Positions 20,168-30,049 of a stretch of 64,000 nt of DNA are shown piece after piece. The stretch lies in NCBI GenBank assembly GCA_963674865.2, contig CAXXYE010000004.1:608001-672000 (forward strand), written 5' to 3'. The notes under the pieces are model-generated. The model saw nothing but the letters and a program-made list of their open reading frames with translations, was not told the origin of the DNA and did no database searches. Made by a program: the position numbers and the translations under genes. The DNA comes from Candidatus Hydrogenedentota bacterium (GTDB lineage Bacteria; Hydrogenedentota; Hydrogenedentia; Hydrogenedentales; SLHB01). The number at the start of each line of letters is the position of its first letter. Positions within the stretch are counted from its first letter, which is position 1.

Positions 20168-20583
20168 ACGACCCCAATCGCCTTGAAGAAGGCGCCGAAC
20201 TGACGCTCGATTTTCACAAGCTGGCCAAAGTCGCTGCGGCATGCCCGGATGTGCTCCCGGTAGCCGTGCAGCACGCCGACACACGCGAGGTCATCCTCGT
20301 AGCCTACGCCAACGCAGCCGCCCTCCAGCGCGCTATCGAGACCCGGCGCGCCGTGTTCTGGAGCACATCCAGAAACGAACTATGGGAAAAGGGGAAAACA
20401 TCGGGAGAGGAGTTCGAGCTGCTCGAGATCCGCGTCAATTGCGAGCAAAACTCGCTCCTGTACATCGTCCGGCCCCTCCGAGGAGGCATCTGCCACACCC
20501 ATAATTGCGAGGAAAATGCCCGCAACTGCTTCTACAGACGCCTTGATTTTGAGACAGGCGCCCTGGAAAACCTTGACCCGTGA
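20164..20583 (+). CDS. hisI: Phosphoribosyl-AMP cyclohydrolase-like protein
   Basis: FWSTSRNELWEKGKTSG, NCEQN, GICHT, CFYR. Confidence 0.85.
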   Translation: MNDPNRLEEGAELTLDFHKLAKVAAACPDVLPVAVQHADTREVILVAYANAAALQRAIETRRAVFWSTSRNELWEKGKTSGEEFELLEIRVNCEQNSLLYIVRPLRGGICHTHNCEENARNCFYRRLDFETGALENLDP

Positions 20584-20656
20584 CGACCGATTTGAGGTAG
20601 GATAGGTCGATCCCTGAGGTCGCCCGAATAAGCGGGCGCGCAAACCGGTGCTAATT

Positions 20657-21664
20657 ATGGAACCCTTGGTAATCATCTTCTCCGTTGTCTCCTTTGTCGT
20701 AGGCTCGGTAGTCGGCAGTTTCCTGAACGTGTGCGTGTACCGCGTCCCACGCCACGAGTCGGTGGTCAAACCGCGCTCGCGCTGCCCATCCTGCGGAAAC
20801 CTCATCGCTTGGTACGACAACATTCCCCTCATCAGTTGGCTGGTGCTGGGCGCCAAGTGCCGTAATTGCGGGACAACCATCAGCTGGCTGTATCCTCTTG
20901 TCGAGGCGCTCACAGGCGCGCTTTTCCTGCTCGTCTTCTGGCGCTTCGGCTTTGTCCTCGCCACACCCGTGTATATGGCCCTCACGGCGGGGCTGGTTCT
21001 GGTAACATTCGTGGACCTCACCGACTGGACCATCCCCGACCAGGTCACACTTCCCGGCATTCCCATCGCCGTGCTCCTCGCCGTTGTAGCCACCTGGTAT
21101 CCGGCCAGCGGCCTGCGCGTTCTCGGGCCGACCATGCCTGTGTTCGACGCCATCATTGGCATTGAACTCGGCGGCCTTCTCTTCCTGCTCGACAAACTCG
21201 CCCGGGCCCTCGTCAAGAAACGGGGCATGGGCATGGGCGATGTGAAACTCCTCGCGCTCTTGGGAGGCTTCTTTGGATGGCCCGGCGTGATCCTGACGCT
21301 TCTAATCGCCTCCGTCATCGGCAGCGTGGTGGGGGTCGTCGCCGTGCTGCTCGCCCAGAAGGCTAAGAAGGAAGAGGCCGGCCAGGAAGAAGACGAGGCC
21401 GTGCCCGTGGGAAGCTTCCTTGAGTTCGGACTGCCCGGAACCATCCTCATCGGGAGCATCGTCGGCGCGTTTAGCCTTCTTCGAGAACGCCATGCGCCGG
21501 TCGAAGAACCGGAACCTGATGAGGAGCAGGAGTTTACTCTGCAAGCGCACTACCTGCCTTTCGGCCCCTACCTGTGCCTTGCGGGCCTCATCGTGATGTT
21601 TTTCGGAAACGAGATCCTGAACGCTTGGGTGAACTACCTGACTTCGCCCCTCCCGCCTCAGTAA
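20657..21664 (+). CDS. pilD: Type IV prepilin peptidase/N-methyltransferase
   Basis: GSFLNVCVYRVP, CxxC pairs, DNIPLISW, YPLVE, MGMGDVKL, PFGPYL. Confidence 0.93.
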   Translation: MEPLVIIFSVVSFVVGSVVGSFLNVCVYRVPRHESVVKPRSRCPSCGNLIAWYDNIPLISWLVLGAKCRNCGTTISWLYPLVEALTGALFLLVFWRFGFVLATPVYMALTAGLVLVTFVDLTDWTIPDQVTLPGIPIAVLLAVVATWYPASGLRVLGPTMPVFDAIIGIELGGLLFLLDKLARALVKKRGMGMGDVKLLALLGGFFGWPGVILTLLIASVIGSVVGVVAVLLAQKAKKEEAGQEEDEAVPVGSFLEFGLPGTILIGSIVGAFSLLRERHAPVEEPEPDEEQEFTLQAHYLPFGPYLCLAGLIVMFFGNEILNAWVNYLTSPLPPQ

Positions 21665-21695
21665 GGACGGCGAAGTCTGTAGCGAGGTGAACGGA

Positions 21696-22805
21696 ATGGG
21701 CGCAGACATTTGGCCTTTGTTGCGCTTTGATGAGGGCTACTTCGAGCGGATCTGGGGGGGGCAGAAACTGCGCTCCCATCTGGGCAAGCCCATCCCCCCG
21801 TCGAAGCCAATTGGCGAGGCGTGGCTCATCGCGGATCACCCGACATTCGTCAGCCGGGTCGCCAACGGCCCGCTCAGGGACACGACCCTCCGCCAACTCA
21901 TGGAGCAAGACGCCGTCGCGCTCCTTGGCCGGCGGGCCCAACCGACCATCCATGGCCGTTTTCCCCTCCTGCTGAAGATCCTCGACGCCAACGACGTCCT
22001 CTCGGTGCAGGCCCATCCGGACGACGCCTGCGCCAAGCAACTGGGCGAGCCGGACGTCGGCAAGACCGAAATGTGGCATGTGCTCCAGGCCGAGCCGGGC
22101 AGTGAACTCATTTGCGGCCTCGACACCGGCGTCACGCGACAAACCTTCGCGGTAGCCGTCCAAGACGGCTCCCTTGAGCAACTCATGATCCGATTCACCG
22201 TCGATGAAGGCGATTCTGTGTTCGTGCCGGCGGGCACCGTCCACGCCATCGGCGCGGGGAATCTGCTCGCCGAAATCCAGCAGAACAGCGATCTTACATA
22301 CCGCCTGTATGACTGGGGACGTGTCCAGGCCGACGGCACGCCGCGGCAATTGCACATTGAGAAAGCCCTCGAAGCCATCCACTTCGGCTCGCCCCACGCG
22401 GGCCTCGTCGAAGCGCTCGGATACCGCCGAGAGGGAGCGAAATGCACCGTATTGGCCGCGTGCCGCCATTTCGCCACCGAACTGATCGAGGTGGAGGGGG
22501 GCTTTCGGCGGGAAACCAAATCCGCCTCCTTTCACATCCTTCTCGGCAAGTCCGATGGGCTCGTTTGCAGAGGCACGGGCGGTTCCGAGCGCCTTGGAAG
22601 AGGCCAGGCCCTCTTGGTGCCCGGTTCATGGGACACCTACACCGTGGAGGGCCAAGGCGCGTTCCTCGACTATTACGTTCCCGACCTCCAACAGGACATC
22701 GTCGCCCCGCTCCTTGCGAACGGGCACTCCATGGACCTCATTGTCCGCCTCGGCGGTGCGCCCGCGGAAAGCGACCTGCGTCAATTCCCCTCAGCAGCGC
22801 AATAA
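21696..22805 (+). CDS. manA: Type I mannose-6-phosphate isomerase
   Basis: IWGG, GEAW, FPLLLKILDA, LSVQAHPDD, GKTEMW, GTVHAIG, EIQQNSDLTYRLYDW. Confidence 0.93.
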   Translation: MGADIWPLLRFDEGYFERIWGGQKLRSHLGKPIPPSKPIGEAWLIADHPTFVSRVANGPLRDTTLRQLMEQDAVALLGRRAQPTIHGRFPLLLKILDANDVLSVQAHPDDACAKQLGEPDVGKTEMWHVLQAEPGSELICGLDTGVTRQTFAVAVQDGSLEQLMIRFTVDEGDSVFVPAGTVHAIGAGNLLAEIQQNSDLTYRLYDWGRVQADGTPRQLHIEKALEAIHFGSPHAGLVEALGYRREGAKCTVLAACRHFATELIEVEGGFRRETKSASFHILLGKSDGLVCRGTGGSERLGRGQALLVPGSWDTYTVEGQGAFLDYYVPDLQQDIVAPLLANGHSMDLIVRLGGAPAESDLRQFPSAAQ

Positions 22806-22941
22806 GGTCAATGTTTGGCGGATACGTTCCGCAATGGAACGTATCGTGGGCGAGCACACCAAGTAAGCCACCTTATGCCAGACATTTGAATGAGTCCGTA
22901 ACGTGGGCTTAGCGTTTTTTGGGGAAGGGCTTGAGCAAGGC

Positions 22942-23544
22942 ATGCAGTTCGAAGACGCACAGCTCGTTGCGCGCTGCCTTCAGGGCGATACCGACGCATA
23001 CGGAGCCCTTGTAACGCGTTACGAGAGGGCAGTGTACGCCACGGCATTCTATTATGTCGGGCGCCACGGCGCCGCCGAGGACATCGCTCAGGAGTCGTTC
23101 TTCGCCGCCTACCGCAATTTGCCCACGTTAAAGGACCCCAACTGCTTCGGACGGTGGCTGAAACAAGTCACGTGCAGAACCGCGGCCAATTGGCTTAGAC
23201 GCCATGAAAAGCGGCTTAAGCATGAGACGCCATTGCCGAGCAGACGGACCGTTTCCATTGAGGACGCGCGACAAGGCCCCGACCACGGGCTCGAGCGTCA
23301 GGAACGGTTTGAACGGGTCCAAAAGGCAATCGATTCGCTGCCCGAGCAGTATCGACTGCCTGTAGTTCTAAGGTACCTGCAGGAGTTGAGCTACGATGAA
23401 ATCGCAGTGTTCATCGGGGCTTCGCGAGACGAAGTCAGAGGCACACTCCAGCGTGCGGCCCGTCAGTTGCGGGAAGTGCTTGCAGACCTTAGCGTAGTGA
23501 ACGCCGAAGAGGGAGATGCGAATTGGCATCCTGCGTCCAAGTAG
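22942..23544 (+). CDS. ECF RNA polymerase sigma factor
   Basis: Region 2 AEDIAQESF, FGRWL. Region 4 LPEQYR...LSYDEIA...RA. Confidence 0.93.
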   Translation: MQFEDAQLVARCLQGDTDAYGALVTRYERAVYATAFYYVGRHGAAEDIAQESFFAAYRNLPTLKDPNCFGRWLKQVTCRTAANWLRRHEKRLKHETPLPSRRTVSIEDARQGPDHGLERQERFERVQKAIDSLPEQYRLPVVLRYLQELSYDEIAVFIGASRDEVRGTLQRAARQLREVLADLSVVNAEEGDANWHPASK

Positions 23545-24815
23545 AGCGCCTGTTGCAGGCATACATCGACGACGAACTGAGCCAGTCCGAGCGTGTGATT
23601 CTGGCTCAGCATCTGTCGGAATGTCGTGCCTGCGTTGAGACACTCCGCAAACATCAGCGGATGTCAGCCACCCTCTTTGAAGCTTTTGCCGACCACCGCC
23701 TTGATCGCGGCATATCCGACGCCGTGCTCGATAATCTCCCCGAGATGGCCCATCCAGTTGTCATCGAAGACATGCACGGGCTCAACTGGCGCGCCAAACA
23801 CCCTCTGTATCGCTGGCGAACCGCCGCGCGGTTGGTTCCCCTCGCGGTAGGAATGTTCCTCGTCCTGGCCACTACCTTTCTCGCGTACAAGTGGCCGGAC
23901 CCGCTTCCGGGCGCTAACGCCATAGGCGTTGTCACCTACAGGGCCGGTTCAGCCACCTGCATTGAGGACGAGAGCACGGACCGGACCCCGGCCGAGGTGC
24001 GGGCTTTTGTCCAGCGTGGGCAGTACTACGAAACCGGCGAAGACAGCACGTTGATGCTCACCTTGGCAGGGCCGACGCAAGTCATGCTCAACGCCAACTC
24101 CCGAATCGGAATCTATAGTGACCGTCGGGTCAGTATTGAGAAGGGCCAAATCTGGATGGACATCGGGCGTGACGGGCGCCTGTTCAAGGCCAGCACGCCG
24201 GTGGGTGAGATCGTTGTCTTCGGCACGGCCTTCAGCGTCGAAGTCGATCCGCAGGTGGCGACCGTGACGCTGGCGAGGGGCGACATCCAGGTGCAGACGG
24301 CCCCGGATGATGCATTCCGCCAGCTCAAGCCCGGCCAGCAAGTCGACATGCGACTTGGCGAAGAACCTTCAATCCCCCGAGAAGTCGATGTGGAGCAAGT
24401 CAAGGGATGGACCTCGCACATCGTCGCCGACAGGGCGGCGGTGACGCGATTCCAACGCGTTATACAGGATCGCCGCAAGACATCCGAGGTCTCGGGGCAG
24501 ATGGTTTATGTGGTGCCGGAGTGGGGCACCTTGTCCGTGCCCGTGAAAGCCATTCGGCTGTGCTGGCGGCCGGGCTCCTTCGGCCCAGGGCGGTGCGCGT
24601 ACGATGTGTACGTATATGATGAGTTGAACGATCCTTTGTTCAAAACGCATGTAAATCCGATCACCTTCGCCGAAGCCGAGGACAACATGTGCGAGATTGC
24701 CGTACCGAACGGGCCTATTAGCGGCGTCAAGCTTCTGCACATCCGGTTGGTGCCTGACTACCGCGTTGGCGATATTGAGATGGAATTCACCGACGTCATC
24801 GCCGTCGGTTTGTAA
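23523..24815 (+). CDS. Anti-sigma factor: zf-HC2 + TM + FecR-like domain + C-terminal domain
   Basis: C..V..LL.AYIDDEL...HLSECRAC, one TM, LNANSRI, TPVGEIVVFGTAFSV, LKPGQQ. Overlaps the sigma gene. Confidence 0.88.
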   Translation: MASCVQVERLLQAYIDDELSQSERVILAQHLSECRACVETLRKHQRMSATLFEAFADHRLDRGISDAVLDNLPEMAHPVVIEDMHGLNWRAKHPLYRWRTAARLVPLAVGMFLVLATTFLAYKWPDPLPGANAIGVVTYRAGSATCIEDESTDRTPAEVRAFVQRGQYYETGEDSTLMLTLAGPTQVMLNANSRIGIYSDRRVSIEKGQIWMDIGRDGRLFKASTPVGEIVVFGTAFSVEVDPQVATVTLARGDIQVQTAPDDAFRQLKPGQQVDMRLGEEPSIPREVDVEQVKGWTSHIVADRAAVTRFQRVIQDRRKTSEVSGQMVYVVPEWGTLSVPVKAIRLCWRPGSFGPGRCAYDVYVYDELNDPLFKTHVNPITFAEAEDNMCEIAVPNGPISGVKLLHIRLVPDYRVGDIEMEFTDVIAVGL

Positions 24816-24850
24816 CCAAAGTTCGATCTGACATTTGAAGATGCTGAGTT

Positions 24851-24969
24851 GGATGCTGCGGAGAAACGGGCTCTCGGAGCTACAAGCTAAACTCTACCTC
24901 AAGTCACTCCTTCCCCAAGAGTAACTGCAGCCAGGAAAAAGACCGCGAGCCCGTTTCTCCGTAGCATCC
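24851..24969. repeat. Hairpin element, copy 1
   Basis: 27-bp inverted arms with 2 mismatches enclose a core shared with 25105-25206. Confidence 0.85.
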
Positions 24970-25104
24970 CGACCGAAGAGATACCTGAGTCGGCGCACTG
25001 TCGACGGACGAGGCGCCCAGAGACGCTTCGCCCCGGCAAGGTGTGGCGACATCACGAAACCTTTGAGCAATCTCGGAGGATTAGTCTAGAAAAAGCACAA
25101 CTTC

Positions 25105-25206
25105 AGAGAAACGGGTTCGCGGCACTACGAGCAAAGTTCTACCTCAAGTCACTCCTTCCCCAAGAGTAACTGCAGCCAGGGAAAAAAACCGCGAACCCGT
25201 TTCTCT
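25105..25206. repeat. Hairpin element, copy 2
   Basis: Perfect 18-bp inverted arms agagaaacgggttcgcgg/ccgcgaacccgtttctct. Core tctacctcaagtcactccttccccaagagtaactgcagccagg is identical to copy 1. Confidence 0.85.
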
Positions 25207-25478
25207 CTTTTTGTTGTATTGCCCCGCACGCAAGCCGCCCCGACGTCACCTCTCTTACCTCGCCCCCAAGGGGCTCCAGGTCCCGCACATTCTCACGCCG
25301 CGCCTTCTTGCACCTAATTATAGCCGGGCCGCCGACAATCGCTGCATGCTATTCGGGCCGAGCCTCGTTTTGCTATACTGCCTCTCGGTAAAACCACACC
25401 TTTTCCAGGAACGCCGTATGCCAGAGCGTCCCAGAAGAAGGCGCCGGTTCGTCACAACGCGAGAGGAGTTTCTTGATC

Positions 25479-26471
25479 ATGGAATTCAGACAACTTGGCT
25501 CGAGCGACGTCCAAGTGCCCGTCGTCTCGTTCGGCGCATGGGCCATTGGCGGATGGATGTGGGGGGGCACCGACGACGCAGCGGCAGTGCGAGCCATTCA
25601 GCAGGCAATCGATGCGGGGATCACCTGCATCGACACGGCCGCCATCTACGGCATGGGACACAGCGAGCGAATTGTCGGCCAAGCCATTGCGGGCCGGCGC
25701 GAAAAGGTCATCATCGCCACGAAGTGCGGCCTCCGCTGGGACCTGGACATCGACAAAGACGGCTGGCATACCGAAAAGCCCGACGGCACGCCCGTTAAAG
25801 TCATTCGCTACCTCAAGGCCGACTCCATTCGTTACGAGGTCGAGCAGAGCCTCAAGCGGCTCAACATTGACGAGATCGACCTCTACCAGTGCCACTGGCC
25901 TGATCCCGAGACGCCCATCCAGGAAACGATGGAGGCCCTCGCCGATTTGCAGCGCCAAGGCAAGATACGCGCCATCGGCGTGAGCAACTTCACCGTCGAT
26001 ATGATCAGAGAATGCCTCCAGCACACAACCATCGCCAGCGATCAGCCGCTGTACAATCCGCTCGAACGCGATATCGAAGATGGCGTCCTCCCTTTCTGCG
26101 TGGAAAACAACGTCGGTATACTAGCCTACAGCCCAATCGCCCAAGGACTCATGACGGGAAAGGTCACGATGGATCGCGAGTTCCCGGAAGGCGATCACCG
26201 TGCCCAGAAACCTTGGTTCAAACCTGCCAATCGCAAGCGTGTCCTCGACATGCTTGAGAAGGTACGGCCCATCGCCCAGGATCATGGCGCAACACTCGCC
26301 CAACTCACCATCAACTGGATCATTTCTCAAGAGGGGATTACCTCGGCACTGGTAGGTGCGCGGACTCCTGAACAGGCCGTAGAGAACGCCAAGGCCGCCG
26401 AGTTCAAGCTAAGCGAAACCGAACTCGCCACGATTCGCGGCCATATTGAGGCCCTAGGCACTCCCGAGTGA
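25479..26471 (+). CDS. Aldo/keto reductase
   Basis: GAWAIGG, IDTAAIYG, IATKCG, IDLYQCHWPD, IGVSNF, AYSPIAQG. Confidence 0.95.
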   Translation: MEFRQLGSSDVQVPVVSFGAWAIGGWMWGGTDDAAAVRAIQQAIDAGITCIDTAAIYGMGHSERIVGQAIAGRREKVIIATKCGLRWDLDIDKDGWHTEKPDGTPVKVIRYLKADSIRYEVEQSLKRLNIDEIDLYQCHWPDPETPIQETMEALADLQRQGKIRAIGVSNFTVDMIRECLQHTTIASDQPLYNPLERDIEDGVLPFCVENNVGILAYSPIAQGLMTGKVTMDREFPEGDHRAQKPWFKPANRKRVLDMLEKVRPIAQDHGATLAQLTINWIISQEGITSALVGARTPEQAVENAKAAEFKLSETELATIRGHIEALGTPE

Positions 26472-26480
26472 GAGAATGAG

Positions 26481-27446
26481 GTGACACTCTTCATGATGAT
26501 GAGAGCCGCAGTCAGATATCTGGCCTGTTGTGCGATCGCATCGTCCGCCGCCGCATTCACGCTGCAAGATGACGGCCGGGCGCTCACCATTCTTGATGAC
26601 GGCCAGCCGGTGCTTGTCTATCGCTATGTCATCGTCAATGGCCCTGAAGCCGCCCGCGAGAAGCTGGGCGCCCAGTGGGGGCTCGCGTGTTTCGCGGATC
26701 CCGTCTACGGCCTCGACGGCGATCGGCTGACAGAGGCGTTTCCTGAAGATCACTACCACCACCGAGGGGTCTTCTGGGCGTGGCCGAATAGCTCCCTCGG
26801 TGAGCGTCCCATGAACGTTTGGCTGTCGGACAACATCCGCCAACACCATGAGAAATGGCTCCAAGAACAGGCGGATGACAAACAAGCGTCCATCGGCGCG
26901 CAAAACGTATGGGTCTTCGACGATGACGCCGGCAAAGCCGCGCAGGTCCGGGAGCAGGTGTGGTTCACAGTCCATCCGGCCAGAGGCGACGGGCGCGCCA
27001 TTGACTTCCGCCTCATATTCGAGAACGTCGGCGGACAGGCCATCACCATTCTCGGCGCGGATGAGCCAAAAGGATACGGCGGATTCTGTTTTCGGGCTAA
27101 TAGCGCCCGAAAGCCCCTCACCTTCACCTCGGCCCGCGGTGTTCTTGATGAGGACGCCTTCGTGGAAGAAAGCCCGTGGGTGGATGTTTCATCGAAAGAT
27201 GTCGGTTCGGAGCGTGTATCCGGCGCCGCGATCTTCCAACATCCCAAGAATCCCGGCTTTCCCCATGACGGATGGCTGATACGAGGCTACGGATTCCTGG
27301 GCGCCTCATGGCCCCATCTCAATCCGTACGTGCTCGAATCCGGCAGCCCTCTCGAACTAAGATACCGCCTCTTCATTCACCGCGGATCGGCCGGTGAGGC
27401 GAACGTGGCAGAGGCATTTGCGGAATACATTAGAGAGAACATTTAG
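26481..27446 (+). CDS. Secreted PmoA-like (DUF6807/PF14100-type) hypothetical protein
   Basis: Signal peptide, DHYHHRGVFWAW, KGYGGF, HPKNPGFP..W..RGYG. Confidence 0.7.
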   Translation: MTLFMMMRAAVRYLACCAIASSAAAFTLQDDGRALTILDDGQPVLVYRYVIVNGPEAAREKLGAQWGLACFADPVYGLDGDRLTEAFPEDHYHHRGVFWAWPNSSLGERPMNVWLSDNIRQHHEKWLQEQADDKQASIGAQNVWVFDDDAGKAAQVREQVWFTVHPARGDGRAIDFRLIFENVGGQAITILGADEPKGYGGFCFRANSARKPLTFTSARGVLDEDAFVEESPWVDVSSKDVGSERVSGAAIFQHPKNPGFPHDGWLIRGYGFLGASWPHLNPYVLESGSPLELRYRLFIHRGSAGEANVAEAFAEYIRENI

Positions 27447-27500
27447 CAGTCCTAAGCCGCTCACCGGGGCGGCGGCGGTAGTCTGACGGACGCGGAGGAG

Positions 27501-29009
27501 ATGACATTCCCTATGAGCGACATGCAAGAATCCCCCAAGAAAACGGCTCGCTACATCGCCTTCGACCTGGGCGCGGAGAGTTCAAGGGCCATCGTCGGCG
27601 CCTTCACTCAGGATAGACTGGAAATTGAAGAACTCCACCGATTTCCAAGCCGCAACATCGTGGTGCGGGGGACGCGCCAGTGGGACATTCTCTACTTCTA
27701 CGGTGAGATGCTCGAGGCGCTGCGCCGCTATAGCGCCAAATACGGCCACGATCTGGCAGGCATCGGCGTAGACACATGGGGGGTGGACTTCGGCGTGCTG
27801 GGCGCGAGCGGGCAGCTCCTCGCCAATCCTGTCCACTACCGAGACCACCGCACCGACGGCATCTTGGATGAGGCGTTCCACGTGGTGCCGCGGCAATCCA
27901 TCTATGCACAGACGGGCATTCAGTTCATGCCCCTCAATTCGCTTTTCCAGTGCTGGGCCATGCTCAAGGAAACGCCCGAACTCCTCCGCGAGGCCGGCAC
28001 CCTTCTGCTCATGCCCGACCTGTTCAATTACTTCTTCACGGGATTCCGCGCCTCCGAGTACACCATCGCCAGCACCACCCAAATGCTCGACGTGCATCAG
28101 CGCCAGTGGTGCCGGCCTCTACTCGAAGCCTTCTCGCTGCCTCTCGACATCATGCCCGAGATCATTCCGCCCTGCACCGTTGTCGGGCCGCTCGATCCGG
28201 ATATCGCGCGCGATGTCGGGCTCCACACAACGGAAGTCATCGCCCCGTGCTGCCACGACACCGGCTCCGCAGTGGCCGCCATTCCCGCCGAAGGCGGCGA
28301 TTGGGCCTACATCTCCTGCGGTACGTGGTCGCTCATGGGCGCGGAACTTTCTGAACCCATCACTTCGGATAAGGCCCTCGAATACAACTTCACCAACGAA
28401 GGCGGCATCGGCAACACGATCCGCTTTCTCAAGAACATCATGGGCCTATGGGTGCTTCAGCAGTGCCGGGCTGCCTGGACGCGCCGCGGCGAGGAGCATA
28501 GTTACGCAACACTGACCGATATGGCGCATTCCGAGGCGCCCTTCCAGGTCATCATCGACGTGGACGACCCCTCCTTCCTCAATCCGGAGGATATGCTCGA
28601 AGCCATCGCCGCCCACTGCTCCGCCACGGGCCAGCACCCACCCGAGAGTATCGGTGCAACGGTACGGGCCGTCCTCGAGGGACTTGCCATCCGCTATGCC
28701 GTCTGCCTCGAAAACCTCGAGGACGTCACGGGCAAACGGGTCGAGCGTATCCACATGGCTGGGGGAGGCATTCAGAACGAGCTGCTCTGCCAGTTCGCGA
28801 GCAACGCTACGGGCCGCCCCGTCGTGGCCGGCCCCATTGAAGCTACGGCTATCGGCAACCTCATTGCCCAGGCCATGGCCACTGGAAGGCTGGCCGACCA
28901 CGCCGAAGCCCGGCGCCTCATCGCCCGCTCCACGGCGCCCAAGGCCTATGAGCCGGCCGACACGGACAAATGGCGAGCCGTCATCGAGCGCTTCAAGAAA
29001 GGCCTCTGA
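27501..29009 (+). CDS. rhaB: Rhamnulokinase (FGGY kinase)
   Basis: DLGAESSR, VDTWGVDF, YRDHRT, HDTGSA, GTWSLMG, TNEGG, LKNIMGLW. Confidence 0.9.
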   Translation: MTFPMSDMQESPKKTARYIAFDLGAESSRAIVGAFTQDRLEIEELHRFPSRNIVVRGTRQWDILYFYGEMLEALRRYSAKYGHDLAGIGVDTWGVDFGVLGASGQLLANPVHYRDHRTDGILDEAFHVVPRQSIYAQTGIQFMPLNSLFQCWAMLKETPELLREAGTLLLMPDLFNYFFTGFRASEYTIASTTQMLDVHQRQWCRPLLEAFSLPLDIMPEIIPPCTVVGPLDPDIARDVGLHTTEVIAPCCHDTGSAVAAIPAEGGDWAYISCGTWSLMGAELSEPITSDKALEYNFTNEGGIGNTIRFLKNIMGLWVLQQCRAAWTRRGEEHSYATLTDMAHSEAPFQVIIDVDDPSFLNPEDMLEAIAAHCSATGQHPPESIGATVRAVLEGLAIRYAVCLENLEDVTGKRVERIHMAGGGIQNELLCQFASNATGRPVVAGPIEATAIGNLIAQAMATGRLADHAEARRLIARSTAPKAYEPADTDKWRAVIERFKKGL

Positions 29010-29012
29010 GCG

Positions 29013-29852
29013 CTATGCCTCTAATCCCTTTTCGCACAAGGGCGTAGGCTCAAACGGCGCCCCCATCAAAGCGATAACTGAAGACGGATGGGTTTCCCTC
29101 GAAACCGTCTTCGGTTGCCCGTGCTCCTCGGGGCGGAATAGCGCCACGCGCTCAAACGGCGCATTCAGAGGGATGAGTGGGGGAGGGGCCTGGCCCAAGT
29201 TGCCCATCGCCCGCTCCGCTGCCTCGCGGATCATCTCCCGCGCGCGCACCGGGGGAACATGGACGGCCCCCACATTGCGCCGGCAGTACTCCTCCGTCGT
29301 ACACTCATCACCTGTTCCCGACGTCACACCTCGCTTGACCGCACACGCCGTAATCCCCGGTACAAGCGCCTGGGCCTCTTCCGTGAAAGCCAGATCGCCG
29401 CACGCGAAGAAGGCTGGCACGCCCAACTCCGAGGCGCACATGGCCAACTGGCCGAACTCGCCTATCGAGACGCCATTGACGGCCAAGTCGATGTACCTGA
29501 ATCCCTGCGTGTGGCAGAGATGCCCGAACTCCGTCGATGCCTTCGGATGCTGGCCCACCCACGCGATTCCATCGTAGGTATCATCCAGGCCAAACGGCCA
29601 AACGGATGGGAAACCGCGCGCGTACTCCACGCGGGGATCCAACAACTCCACATCGATCCCGCCGCAGCCATGGCCGTCAGCAACACGGACATAGGTTGCG
29701 CCGCCCGCGTAAAGGCCCGCCACAGCGGCATTTACCTCGAGCGTAAGTAGGCGGCATGCCTTGGCATAGTTCCGGGAATCCACACGGCACCAGTCCTCGG
29801 AGTCAATGACCCCGGCAACGCCCTCCAGATCCGTCATGACGTAGATTTTCAC
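29013..29852 (-). CDS. dppA: M55 D-aminopeptidase
   Basis: KIYVMTDLEG, EVNAAV, DGHG, GQH, HT, GE, GD. Confidence 0.88.
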   Translation of the reverse strand: MKIYVMTDLEGVAGVIDSEDWCRVDSRNYAKACRLLTLEVNAAVAGLYAGGATYVRVADGHGCGGIDVELLDPRVEYARGFPSVWPFGLDDTYDGIAWVGQHPKASTEFGHLCHTQGFRYIDLAVNGVSIGEFGQLAMCASELGVPAFFACGDLAFTEEAQALVPGITACAVKRGVTSGTGDECTTEEYCRRNVGAVHVPPVRAREMIREAAERAMGNLGQAPPPLIPLNAPFERVALFRPEEHGQPKTVSRETHPSSVIALMGAPFEPTPLCEKGLEA

Positions 29853-30049
29853 TGCTGCCTCTTAACGCAGAGGGCTTGAAGGCCCACTGCTCTCAATCTC
29901 AGACAATTCCTCAGCGGAGGTCAGCCCAAGCCAGAAGCGGCTTCGTTCTCGTCCGCTGTAGAAGGACCCGCTAGGCATGGCCCGGCGCTCCCGATTCTCT
30001 ATGAGTGCCGGGGCCGGTTGAAGGCGGTCTTGGGATAGCTTCCAGTTGC

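Noticed and set aside
24851..25206. CRISPR array interpretation of this repeat, and of 58672-59135
   Set aside because: Only two copies each, unit and spacer lengths far outside the CRISPR range, and no cas genes.
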